The notes below the pieces were generated by a model. That model did no database searches. It was given only the letters and a program-made list of their open reading frames with translations, and was not told the origin of the DNA. This document shows, in pieces, positions 39,401 through 51,672 of a DNA stretch of 64,000 bases. The position numbers and the translations under genes are program-made. Positions within the stretch are counted from its first letter, which is position 1; each line of letters starts with the position of its first letter. This DNA is from Octopus bimaculoides (taxonomy: Eukaryota), in contig NC_068982.1 of NCBI RefSeq assembly GCF_001194135.2, forward strand, positions 6,307,114 to 6,371,113, read 5' to 3'.

Positions 39401-40691
39401 GTATGAAAGGAAGATCTCTTTGTTAAATGAAGTTAAACAGATTTTTTCAAATATTGCTTACTCTTGCCAATCCAATTTTCTCTGTGTTTTTTTTTTTTTA
39501 GCAAGGCATTGTAAAACAATATAGCATCTAATTTATGGCATCTGCACCTGTTTATTGTCTAGGAGGACAGATAACAGCCAATGGAATCTCTCCACTTTAC
39601 TGATTTGCGAAAAACTGGAGAAATGGTATTTTTTGGTTACCTTGAAGCAAGTATGAAAACAACAAAATGCCAAATAGAGCTCCTGGGATTAGAAGTCAAC
39701 AAAGATGGCTATATTTAACACATCTTAGCAACACCTAAGTAGTACAACGAAGTAGAAACCAACTCAGAATGTCTGTTATGTTTTCAAGATCATCAACACC
39801 CGTGCAGCAGCCTAGAAATGGCAAGCACGGAATAGATTTTCAACAAATGAAAACTTAACAACAACCAGTTCGAACTTTAACAGATTGAAATGTAGTTAGA
39901 ACTGTATCTCTTATGTTAGTCTATTCATTCATCATTGATACTATTTGCATTATCAGAACATTTTCATTATTCTTGTCATGTTCAAAGTGATATCATTGAT
40001 ATAGTGTCCAATGGCTTTTCTAACAAAGAATAGAGTTGTTTCATGTTGCATTGTTCTCATAGCGATGTAGTCTAAAAATGACCCCTGGCAACCTTGGCCC
40101 CTTTAACTCATCATTTATGGCAACTGAGACATCCAAGCTTTCGCGTGTTGCTCAGTAACACCAATAACGTCAACAACACAAACTGCTTGGTCATATCTGT
40201 TGTAATGCATTTACTAACACGGTGCTTAAAAGATTATAAATTATTTTTACAATACCACTAACGATTTAATATAGTCTATTTAGTCATCTTTAACATTATT
40301 ACCAACATCCACACTGCACTCTGCAAGTAATAACAGAAAACAATTTCTTTAAGCATTATTTATTTTCAAGTTTGTTTACTTTACGCAGTTGTTTGTTCTT
40401 TTAATTCTTTTGATATTTTATTTTACGAAGCTCTCATTTTCTCATTTTATTTCACTTTTTTACCTTTTTTCCCCGAATTTCTTAATCAAATATAAATTTT
40501 GAATTTTCTCATATTTTTTTCTCTTGTTGGTTGCTTTTTTTTTTATTTTTTTCGTTTTTGTTTGTTTCTTTAAATTTCAATTTTTTTTTATTTACTTTCC
40601 TTTCGATAACGAGCCAAAATTTTATTTTATTTACTCTTGATCAATGCCTTGCAAAGTGAGTATTGATTAATAATTTCCTTCAAAAATAAAT

Positions 40692-40731
<40 letters not shown>

Positions 40732-41702
40732 GATGGAGGAAAAGGATGTTGACGATGATGGAGACGATAAAAATAATATTAATATTACTAATACGTGAAT
40801 AAATGAATAAATAAAATTAAAAAAAAAACAACCATAAAACATCCTTCTTCCTTGCAAATTGTGTAATTACGTAATCCTTTTTCATACAATACTCTTTTTC
40901 CTTTCTTCTTTTTACTGCACTATTTTTAATTATATTTTATATTTTTATTTCCAAAATTTCATTCTCAGTCATTTGCTAAGAAATAATATGCTGAAAAAAG
41001 TTTGCAATTCATACAACATTATATTAAATTGCAACTTTTCGCTACGAGTAAATTTTTCTCTCTGTCAATAACAGATAACATCTAAGTCAACATAATCAAG
41101 ATTTTTAAAGGCAATGGAGTGGTAACGATTATAGAGGACTAAAGGCCTTAATGTATTTGGTTTCATCCCCGCCACGTTTCTGATGATATGCTAGCGAAAT
41201 TGTCCTTGCTTTCCTTCTTCTTGGATCAATAAAATATGTATCAGTCATGTATTGATGATTAATCAATTAAAAAAACAAAACAATCATTAAATATCTATAT
41301 GTATACATATATATAAATTCGTTTAAGCCCTAACTCTCAAACTGTTTAAACTGTGATAATGAAAGGACACGCTTAAGTATTTTACAATAAATATGCTTTG
41401 GTGGCACAATGATGATGGTGATGATGATGGTGACGACGATGACGACGATGATGATGATGGTGATTGATACGAGAATGAGGGAGAAAGAGGAAGAAGCAAC
41501 AACTTATGCTGGGATTTTTTTTTTTATCTAGTCAGATGAAGGTGGTAAACTGACATAGTCTGTAGAGCGACAGAGGAAAGACTTGTGATATTCTGAAATT
41601 TTAGGTTCTGAATTCGCTCCTAGATCAACTTTGCCTTTCATCTTTCCACGATTTAGAATATTAAGTAAAACTTGTGGTCTTTTGTCAATATTAGAGATAT
41701 CT

Positions 41703-41926
41703 GAAGGCAGTGAACTGGCAGAGCCATTGGCACGCCGGGCAAAAGGCTCAGCGGCATGTCATCAGTTTTTATGTTCTGATTTCAAATTGCACTGAGGTCG
41801 ATTTCGCCTTTTTCCCTCTCAGGGGTCGATAAAATAAATACCAGCTGTACACTAGAGTCCATACAATCGGCTTACCCACTGTCTCGAACACTTGCTGGCC
41901 TTGTGCCAAAAAATTGAAACCAAACC
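41703..41926 (+). mobile_element. SINE family A, old tail variant, with TSD
   Basis: Flanked by caatattaga(g/a)ata at ~41686 and ~41926; a partial copy lies at 41596-41660. Confidence 0.85.
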
Positions 41927-43241
41927 AATATTAGAAATAATTATTCATGTCGGCGGATTGAATGAGGGACAGTGTATTTTGGGAAACCATCTCGAACTGG
42001 TAGATCGGTAGAAGAATGTTTAGCCTGATCTGTAGACTAACATTTGTTGGGAAAATTGGGTAGAGAAAGCATACTAAATGACTGATGACTCTAGTTGTTG
42101 GTAGAAAGTACTGAACAACATATTTAGTGAAAACCTTCGATAATGAGATACAGTACGGATGGAAATAAGAGAAGACCAATTTATCGAGTAATTAAAAACT
42201 TGATTGCTTGAATGAGGAGAAGTCTTTGTATCTGTAGATGTGAATAAAATAAGAAACAAAAATAAAATTGCAGATTTGAGAATCGAAAGCGTTGGTGAGT
42301 GACTCATGGCTAATCAAATGAATGAACTTAGAGTCATGAGGCTTAGAGTACTAGTTGTGAGTTCTGAAGTCGTGTGGCACATAAACAGCGATAATCAAGC
42401 AGAGCCATGACACAAAAGTAGCATTCTTCCCTTTTCTGGGACTTCCACATTAAGTTGGCAGCAAACCATCACTTTATCATGCTGCTACTATATAAGTCTC
42501 TCTGAGAGATTTAGAAATGCAATATTTCTAACAAAAGTAGTCGATTGAAAGACTACATGCAGGAACTTTTGCTCCACATATATCATGCCTCTGCCTAGTC
42601 ATGAGCCATACTAAATATTTTGAAATAATATTACTAATCGTATGATTATTAACTTTATGACAGCAGTAATGCGGTCTAGACACAATGCGTCAGTAGATAA
42701 GGTTGACGACAGCAGCGGAGTGTGTAACAGAAATTCTTTCCAAAAATAATAACTTTATTCCAGCGAAAATTATACTTGGAATCCGTAGATGATTGCCGGT
42801 TGGTTGAAGCTAAAGTATTTTCTAACTCTAAACAAGTAGTCTCGCTTTTAGAATACAGTTTCTGTGCTGTTATAGAAAGATTACTGAAGATCATTACAGG
42901 TTGTAGCAACTGTGAAAGACTTTTCTGTAGTTAGTGTTTATTGTTGAAAGACTCTGCTTAGACAATGTCTTGGAAGTGTTCACAGTGACTAGGCTGTCAT
43001 TCAAATATTTGAAGAATTTTTTCCCGGTTAATAAAGGGTCTCAACATTTCTATTAATTGACGCATTTCATGTTTAGTGGAAGTTTCCTGTACAGGCTGCA
43101 TATGGCGCCTGTGTCTAGATTGCTATATAAAAGTAAAGAACAGCCTCGTTTGCCAGGTTTGAAGCAAAATCATTGTTGCAGAGATAAATTATTTTCAGGC
43201 TTTTCTAAATTCAGAAATGTGTGAGAATATTAGATCTTTGA

Positions 43242-43921
43242 CACATTGACTGCCAACTACGAGTTATCTCGAAGTTGGCAATCTGTACAATGTTTCCTGG
43301 TACGAGCATACTCGTAGTATTGTAAGATGCTCAAAATGAACTGGCGTCTGGAACTAACATTGTGAGTGTGCTGGAAACACTAAAGACACCTTTTATTTGC
43401 CCAATGATACGAGTTAACTCGGATCATGGCACCTGCCAGGAAATATATTTAGTAAAACATCTATAAATATCAGGTATAAGTATTAGATGTCGATGCAGTT
43501 GGTGCCGGAGAACATGGTGCAGTTGGTGCGTTGTCTCTTACGACCTCGACCAAATAATTGTTCATCTTCATCAGTAGAACTGGCGTCACTGATATTACTT
43601 CCACTGGTATTTGCTACATAATTTTTATCCTCAGCATCTGAGTATTCACTCTGATTCTAAGATATCATCTTCCGATAGTTCATTTTCCGCAAGTTCCTGA
43701 AGCATTCCAGCAATTTTTTCATTGGAAAGGCTTTTTGGCATCTTATATATTACAAATCAAAATTTATTTTTTCAGATTCATAAAGAACTATTATAAAGAA
43801 AACGTTATACAATGAAGAGACATAGTCAAATAATGAATATCATACCTTCAAAGCCTTCATAGCAAACCAATCTGAGCATTTTGCATTACTATGAGATAAC
43901 TCGTATCACGTCACTGTAGTG
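43242..43921 (-). mobile_element. Internally deleted piggyBac-like element
   Basis: Ends cac-N13-tacgagttatctc at both sides with equal spacing, bordered by degraded TTAA (ttga / taat). Acidic N-terminal remnant MPKSLSNEKIAGMLQELAENELSEDDILESE (43741-43646) continues after a frameshift as EYSDAEDKNY...DASSTDEDEQLFGRGRKRQR. Confidence 0.65.
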
Positions 43922-44318
43922 TAATTACATGTATTATGTACCTATATACCACCTCACAAAATATTTCAGCTTTCTGATTTGCGAAAGTTAATAAAACCCC
44001 TTCTGGCAAATAGAAGCAGATCATATCGATATCCTGTGGCAGGCAACGTGTTAATAACATAAGGGACATGTAAATGGTATATGTTGATTGATATATAGTT
44101 TTTAATTAATCTGATAGGATGCAAAGCGTCTATCCGGGTTAATGTTTTGTTTTGTTTCTTGGATTTTTTTTAGATGTTGAAGAGTCGTTAATATAATGTG
44201 AAATGATCGTGTGGATATTTAAACACTAATTCAAGGATTGTATGTTCCCTGGAAATACTTTTAATGAAAAGCTGAAGGAAAACAGACAGAGAAACCAGAG
44301 TTATTATCAACGCTATAA

Positions 44319-44393
44319 CCACGGGCATGTAGCGTAGTGGTTAAGAGAACGGGCTATTAACCTCAAGATTCCGAGTTCGATTCCAGGCAGTGA

Positions 44394-44473
<80 letters not shown>

Positions 44474-44722
44474 GTCTCTTGAGGTCTCTGGGTGAGACTT
44501 GGATCCAACTTGTACAAATGCAAAACAAAAGTTAAACATAAAATAATAATAATAACAACAACAACATCGAAAAATACCTTAGGAATGAGAACCCAGGTTA
44601 GAAATTTCCCCAAGACACCTGATGAAGGCTAGAGGGTATATCAGCTGAAACGTTGTGTTAACAACAAACAAGATGAGGAAAAATATACGTCAAATATAAA
44701 TAATGTAAATAATGTACATAAC
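44319..44722 (+). mobile_element. SINE-like family D, complete copy with extra ~70 bp module
   Basis: tRNA-like head 44319-44397 (A box tagcgtagtgg, B box gagttcgattcc), (AAT)25, module 44473-44540, tail with HHR 44614-44659. Confidence 0.92.
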
Positions 44723-44734
44723 TATTTGTTGTTC

Positions 44735-45083
44735 ATGTAACATATGAAGTTTGCTTCCCACATAGATCCTGACTCAGTCCCACTGCATGGTACCTTGGAC
44801 AAGTGTCTTTTTACTATATCCCCGGCCGACGAAAGCCTTATAAATGGATTTGGTAGGCAAAAACTGAAAGAAGCCCATCGCATACGTGCGCGCGCGTGTG
44901 TGTCTTTGTGTTTGTGTATTTACTCCTCCGTAACTTAGTGGTTCGGCAAAAGAGACTGCTAGAATAAGTACCTGATTTAAAAAAATAAATACTTTGTCGA
45001 TTTATTCGACTAAGATTCTTCAAGGTAGGGCTCCAGCATGGCCGCAGTCTAATGACTGAAACAAGTAAAAGATAAAAGATAAG
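44735..45083 (+). mobile_element. SINE family B variant
   Basis: tcagtcccactgcatggtaccttggacaagtgtc...gctccagcatggccgcagtctaatgactgaaacaagtaaaagataaaagat. Confidence 0.85.
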
Positions 45084-45221
45084 GTGTGAAAGCAAGGATC
45101 TATATTGAACGTTCGTCTTCTCTCTCTCTAAAAGTCAATATTTCACCTCAACAATTTTTTAAAGATAATATTTTGTTTAATTTTGTTGATTAAGTTTTAT
45201 TTACAAATGCTTGAAGTCGGA

Positions 45222-45275
<54 letters not shown>

Positions 45276-45899
45276 TATATGCATAAATAAACTAAATATA
45301 AGGTTATTATCAGTGTGAGGCCAATAATTTTATAACAATATAAAATAACAACCTATAAAAGATATTAGTTGTAAACGTCCAATAAGTTCCGGAATATTAA
45401 TATATACGAAGAATGAAACCGCATTTTTGATATAAAAACTGAATAGACCAGTGATCTTTTTCAACGCTTCTAATAGTTTCAAAATCAAAGTTATCCCTCA
45501 AAGGTATATTATTATGTCATTTTTATTCTATCTTTTATCAGAATAGCCTACTTTCTATCTATAGACAAGTATCAATAGATGCAAAGGTTATGTATGCAAC
45601 AGTGAATATATTTACATCGAGTGCTAGGAATAGACTGAACTAACTTTGGCCTTGCAAGTAAATAAATACATGAAAGTCAACATTATACTTTTGTGTTTAT
45701 ATATTTGATGCTTTTAACTGAGAAAGATTCTTCTATAAATTTAGAAAAATTAATGCCTCTTTGACTTTGAGAGAGAGTTTTTAAATATTAAAATACTGAA
45801 AGATAAGATAAAATCTCCAGAAAACAGAATACGTATTATTGTTCTGAAAGCGTAAGGGGCTTTGAAGAGGGGTAGTAACTTTGGTGTCTAGAATTTGTA

Positions 45900-46390
45900 C
45901 CTTGCCAGTCATGGCTCGGTGGACAGGCATCACTGGTTTTCATTCAACTTCTAATCTCCCGATGGCACTTAGCGTCACACTCAGTGCCCCTCTTCAGTTG
46001 ATGGACTAAATCAAGTGAGGAGATGGTGTTAACACTGCACCAGAAGGTGAAATACTCCCAAGATGTTCCCAGCTAGGACGGAGAGAGAAACATGGTCTGA
46101 TCAACAGCTTAGTGTTTTGGGCCAAGGCGTGTCTTGGGTAAGAGGCATACGGTTAACAACTTGTAGAAGAATGGGCTTCCCTGAGCTAACTTGTCCATAA
46201 TACATTCATGACGATGACAACCAGACCAGAACTCATAACGGATCGGTTGTCACCGGGGTTGACATCAACGAGTGAACAGGGTTCAATTTCACCAACTCAC
46301 AGAGGGCAGCCGAAGACCGAGAGAAGTGGCGAAATTTGGTTGTGACGTCATCAACCAATGTCTCAAACGACCACATGGTCAAGAGATAGG
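45900..46390 (+). mobile_element. Old element ending in an RTE-LINE 3' terminus (possibly an RTE-tailed SINE)
   Basis: 46260-46390 translates DINE*TGFNFTNSQRAAEDREKWRNLV (RTE end: DNIKEWTG..SQRAAEDRxxWR). The upstream part shows no ORF similarity. Confidence 0.65.
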
Positions 46391-46970
46391 AAGGAAGCTT
46401 CAAACTTTTAACTTTTACAATCAGACACCCAATAAGGCTTTTTTAAAGTTGTAACACAAAGTAATCATTAATAATTCAAACAACTACTTATGGAAAGCTA
46501 AATCAAGTAAATTATGAATGCAGTTTTAAAACTGCTCTGTCAGTTTCAATAAATAGCTTCTGTTTTGGGTGAGTTAATAGTATTATTATGCAATACAACA
46601 AAGACGAAACTGAGAAAAAAGGTTTTGGAAGAAAGCAATGAACAGACATAACAGATTTAATGATCGTTTAATTTTCCATAAACTATTCTCTCTCCTATTC
46701 ATACTTAAAAGCGCTTTATTTATCTTATTTTTCTCTATTTCAGATGTGTTGACAATGCAAAACTTAAATTCACTGTGCAAAGACAATATTTGACGAAAGT
46801 GTGAGATTTTAATTTTCAATTATTATCTTATTCATACATATATATATTTGTATACATGGTGGTCTAGTAGGTAAGGGTGTTTAGAAGTAGAGACATAAAA
46901 AAAACACAAGCGAAAGTTTCAGATCTCTGCCAGGTATTACAAGGGATCTTTTTAAATATTTTCATTTTAT

Positions 46971-47131
46971 AGGCGCAGGTGTGGCTGTGTGGTAAGAAGC
47001 TTGCTTTCCAACCACATGACTCAGGGTTCAGTCCACTGCGTGGCATTTCGAGTGAGTGTTTTCTATAGCCTCAGGCCGACCAAAGCCTTGTGAGTGGATT
47101 TGGTAGATGAAAACTGAAAGAATCCCGTCAA

Positions 47132-47199
<68 letters not shown>

Positions 47200-47731
47200 T
47201 TATATATAACGATGACCACTAAAGTGGACATTTAATGTGCTAGAAGAAGATCACATGTTGTGTCTACTAAGACCTAATGGTTCTCAAAAGAAATTCAGCG
47301 AAATACCAAACCGTATGCGGGCAAGACAATGAAAATTACATAAATAAAACATTATTATTCATGCATCGGTTTCGAAATTAACACTCTTACCGAATATCTG
47401 TTTCTCTTCAGCATGAATTGTAAGGAAATCATATTTCTCAGAATCTTATACAAGTTGTTAACCCCTAGAGGCAAACATGTATATGGTTCTGCTAATTACA
47501 ACTTAATGGCAAAAATCATATAAATATATTTATGTGTATGTCTGTGATTGTCCCCCCTCCCGCTCTCGCTTGACGACCGATGTTGGTGTTTATGTCCACG
47601 AAACTTAGCGGTTCGGCAACAGTGACTGATAAGTACAAGGCTTACAAAGAATAAGTCCTGGGGTCGATTTCTTCGACTATAGGCGATGCTCCAGCATGGC
47701 CACAGTCAAATGACTGAAACAAGTAAAAGGA
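46971..47731 (+). mobile_element. SINE family B split by a ~310 bp insertion in its central microsatellite
   Basis: 5' half 46971-47135; 3' half resumes ~47520 (ctcgcttgacgaccgatgttgg...). Confidence 0.88.
47205..47520 (-). mobile_element. Penelope-like terminal fragment with HHR-like motif at 47357-47418
   Basis: Minus strand: attcatg-CTGAAGA-gaaa-(23 nt)-tttc-GAAA-ccgatg-catgaat. Confidence 0.65.
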
Positions 47732-49621
47732 AAAGAACAAAAGAATTAAGACTTGTTCATAAATTGATGCCACATATAGCACTAGGTGGTTGGAGCTTCA
47801 AGCAAAGACAAAGTATTTCAAATATGGTCCAGGAAGGGTCGACTGGAATGATTAACTTCTTAAAGAAGCTTTACAACTTAAGCAAAACCATTTTTAATGG
47901 CAAAATGTTTGCAATGACGATCTGTAGCCATTTTTTCCGGCTCACTTCTATTGCGATATTATTATCAATCATAACACATGCGTCATTTGTTTCCTCCAAC
48001 ACAATTACTCCTCAAACCCATGTTATTGCTGACCCGTACCAAGCCCAATCTGTCAGCCAAACATCCATGAATCTACCATGTAGACGCCTGTCCTGAGGCT
48101 GGATTCCTTTCGGAGTCATCTCCCACCTTATACCGCAACCACTTCAGTACAACTTCCAAATCTGCTGGTGGAAGCGTATATACATATCGGTGTATATGTA
48201 CATGTGTGTCTGAAAATGAGGATATAAATGCATGTGTATATGCAAGCATGCGTCTATGCGATACTGTGTATATGTTCATGTGAGCTATTCTGATAAGGCC
48301 GTTTGTTATTTTCTGAACTGTCACATATTTGAACATATACGAGTGACTGTTAATGTTTTAGTATTCATTGTATGATTATCTTTTCTTTCCGTGTATATCT
48401 TAGTTACCATTGATGATTGAATATTTCAGTCATTCAAATTCATGAATATTCTATGGTTGTCTTTATCTTTGAATTGTTATTTTTTTTAAAATTATCTTTT
48501 TGCTTCCCGTTCCATCTATTTCTTAGTTTTTCTTAAACTTCTCACCTTATTTGAAATCTTATTTGCAACATTGGCTCTTTCTACTTTAATTCATAGCTTC
48601 TCTCTATGTTCACTTCACATGCTATTTTTCTTTCTTTCGACCTTTCCACCCCTCTTTCTCCTCGTCGTTAATTTAATTTTTACCATAAATCTGCGACATA
48701 TATCCCAGTTGATAACATCATCTTTTTACCTTTTCTTCATTCCAAACCTCAAAAACGTTAGATTTTCCACTACTCACAACAGCTGAACGTATTCTAGGAA
48801 ATCACATTGATTAAATTGTTTCCAACATATGCTATCACATGTTTCCACCTGTTCCAGATTCTATCCTCTAGTTATAAAAACAATTTAAATTCTACCATGC
48901 TGTTAGAATTCGGCTCACTTCTATTGCGATATTATTGCCAATCATAACACAATAGTTGCTAAGAAAAACTGCAGTTCATATTGAAACTCTTTAGCAATGC
49001 ATTTCATATGGATTTTCATTGGACCACATATTACAGAAGAAATACTGAATTTGAGAATTAATCCAAATCTAAATACCTTTAGTAGATGAGCTTGTCACTC
49101 TTATCTGGAGAGATCTAGAGGAGCTTACCTCAATAAAATTAAGATTATAACTCACAATGGCTTTTGACACACTTCCAACTATAAGTGAAATCGGCTTGCT
49201 GTCTGTGAGTATTAAAGATCTCTGAAGTAACCCTGATAGAACTATCAGAGTTAATCCCGCAGACGGTGTCTTATCAAACTCTGTTAAATCTACTGAAGCT
49301 TGAACATCCAGTCTCTGACCATGTATTACCACTGGATCTAAGGGGTTTAGACGACTCAGAGCCAGATTGGTTTCACACAACATTTGTAATAAGCGCTTGT
49401 TTTGAAGCCATCATTTCTCCTACTGTTTACTAGACATAGTAATTTCAGTTTTAAAGAGGGAGCGGGGTTTTGTTAGAATTTAACTCTTTAATGGTATTAC
49501 TGAAATAAAACAGAAGTCGTTCTGTGTTAATATACAAAACTAGCATATCGGGCAGAATATGTAGCGGCCATTTTTTCCGGCTCTATACATTCTGAGTTCA
49601 AATATAGCAGTGGTCGACTTT

Positions 49622-49837
49622 AAAGGCGGCGAGCTGGCAGAAACGTTAGCACGCCGGGCGAAATACTTACTGGTATTTCGTCTGTCCTTATGATCTGAGT
49701 TCAAATTTCCGCCGAGGTCTACTTTGCCTCTCAGCCTTTCTGGGTCGATAAATTAAGTACCAGTTGCGTACTGGAGTCGATCTAATCGACTAGCCACCTC
49801 CCCCAAAATTTCGGGCCTTGTGCCTAGAGTAGAAACG
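49622..49837 (+). mobile_element. SINE family A, young-looking copy
   Basis: Close to the apparent consensus: aaggcggcgagctggcagaaacgttagcacgccgggcgaaa... Confidence 0.93.
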
Positions 49838-51016
49838 AATATACAAAACTGGACAGATTCTTGACCTTTTTGACTACTTTACTGTATAGATATGTTTCAC
49901 GAATCATATAATTTTATGATTTCATGAATTGTGACTGAGAAAATGCAAAGCTCCCTTTAAACATTTACGATTTTCTATATTACACAATACTCTTTTTGTT
50001 TTTAACTATCATTTGTTAAAATTCATGTAAAGCTTGTAAAGCTAATAGAATATTTTAGCAATAAAACATTAACCCCGGGCATATGAAGAAGGAAATATTT
50101 CTAAGGTTTTATTCAAATCTATTTGTAATGTATCAGAACATTTCTTTGTTTAATGTTTGCATTTGTGTTAGCCAATTTGAAGCTGCAACTTCAAAAACAA
50201 ATAAATACCAAATATAATAAATACTTTGAGAATGAAAATGAATAAAGTTGTTGAACAAAGACGAAGAAAGATAAACTGAGGCAAAAATGTTTTCACAGTG
50301 AATAACTTGTTGTCAATGCAACTACATATCTGCAAGGAAAATGCCGAAAGCCTGACACTTACACTTCAATTAATAACTGTCCTAACAAGTTATTATCATC
50401 AATTTTACTCTTTCTTCCAAAAATAAAAATGCATATCAGATTCCAGTCCTCAAACAAATCATCAATTATTACATTTCAGTTCATTTATTAAATTATCGAT
50501 ATATTATTATGCAAAATCAGTGTTCATATTTCTTTTTGTCATGGAACTAAGCATAAATTTTTTAAATATTTAAATATATGATGTCATTTATTTCAAGTAT
50601 AAAATTAAAAGAATCTTTCCATGCGAATAAAGCTGTTGACTTCAGAACACTTAAAAAGTACTTTAAAAATATAAAGATGTTGTTTATTTGTTATTTGTGA
50701 GTTCAGTTAAGTTACAAATATGATTCACAAACGCAAAGAAAAGCAAATATTTGACGGAGTTTATTTCATCGGGCCATTTCTCTAACAGCCTTTCTATTCT
50801 TCACTGATTTGTCATATAAAACTAACAGATTAATCCTTTAAAAGAGACTTAATGCCTATACGCTTCTTCTGCTCCTAAACAGTCTAACTTTTGCATTTAT
50901 CAGTTGCCTCAACCTGCCACCATTGTTTCCATGCTAATCATACGCTTTTGTATGTGATAAGAAGAAAATTTTAGTGTTTGGTAATCGTTAATGATTTCAT
51001 ATTTTATTGACTTTAT

Positions 51017-51205
51017 AGCATGCCAGATAAAATGCTTAGCGTCATTCCGTCCGTCTTTACATTCTGGGTTCAAATCCCGCCGACGTCTACTCTGATGTCA
51101 TCCTTTCGGGTTCGATAAAATAAGCACCAGTTAAGCACTGGGGGTCGATCTAATCGACTTACATTCTCTCCTGAACTTGCTGGCCTTGTGCCAATATTAG
51201 AAATA
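51017..51205 (+). mobile_element. SINE family A, 5'-eroded, first of three tandem copies
   Basis: aatgcttagcgtcattccg...ctggccttgtgccaat. Confidence 0.85.
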
Positions 51206-51222
51206 ATTATTTTATTGGCGTT

Positions 51223-51436
51223 AAGGTGGCGAGCTGGCTAAATCATTAGCCCGGCGGACAAAATGGTTGGTATTTCATCTGCCTTTGTATCCTGAGTTTA
51301 AATGCCGCCGAGGTTGACTTTGCCTCTCATATTTTCGGAGTCGATAAAATTAATACCAATCAAATACTAAGCCCAGTGTAATCGAGTACCCACTCCCTCA
51401 AAATTTCAGACCTTGTGCCTTTAGTAGAAAGGAATA
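51223..51436 (+). mobile_element. SINE family A, second tandem copy
   Basis: aaggtggcgagctggc...gaccttgtgcctttagtagaaagg. Confidence 0.88.
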
Positions 51437-51450
51437 TTCTGTTGGCGTTT

Positions 51451-51672
51451 AAGGGGGCGAACCAACAGAATCGTTACTGCGCCGTTAAAAATGCATAACA
51501 ACATTTTTTCCGACTTTACGTTCTGAGTTCAAATGCCACCGGGGTCGAGTTGGCTTTTCATCCTTTCGGGGTCGATAAAATAAGTACCAGTTGATCACTG
51601 ACTGGGGTCGACACAATCGACTTATCTCTTCCCCTGAAATTGCTGGCCTTGTGCCAAAATTTGAAATCAATA
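51451..51672 (+). mobile_element. SINE family A, third tandem copy
   Basis: aagggggcgaacc...gctggccttgtgccaaaatttgaaatcaat. Confidence 0.88.

Noticed and set aside
41176-41206. ctgatga-tatgctagc-gaaa-ttgtc, hammerhead-like spacing
   Set aside because: Stem II cannot close a loop and there is no stem I pairing.
42676-43125. Minus-strand open stretches with a good-looking acceptor (ttctttacttttatatag)
   Set aside because: All frames from the acceptor stop within ~40 codons; no recognisable domain. The plus-strand CERLFCS similarity to hAT is too short.
44319-44397. tRNA gene calls for SINE heads (families B, C, D)
   Set aside because: A/B boxes are present but no complete cloverleaf or acceptor stem, and each continues into a repeat body.
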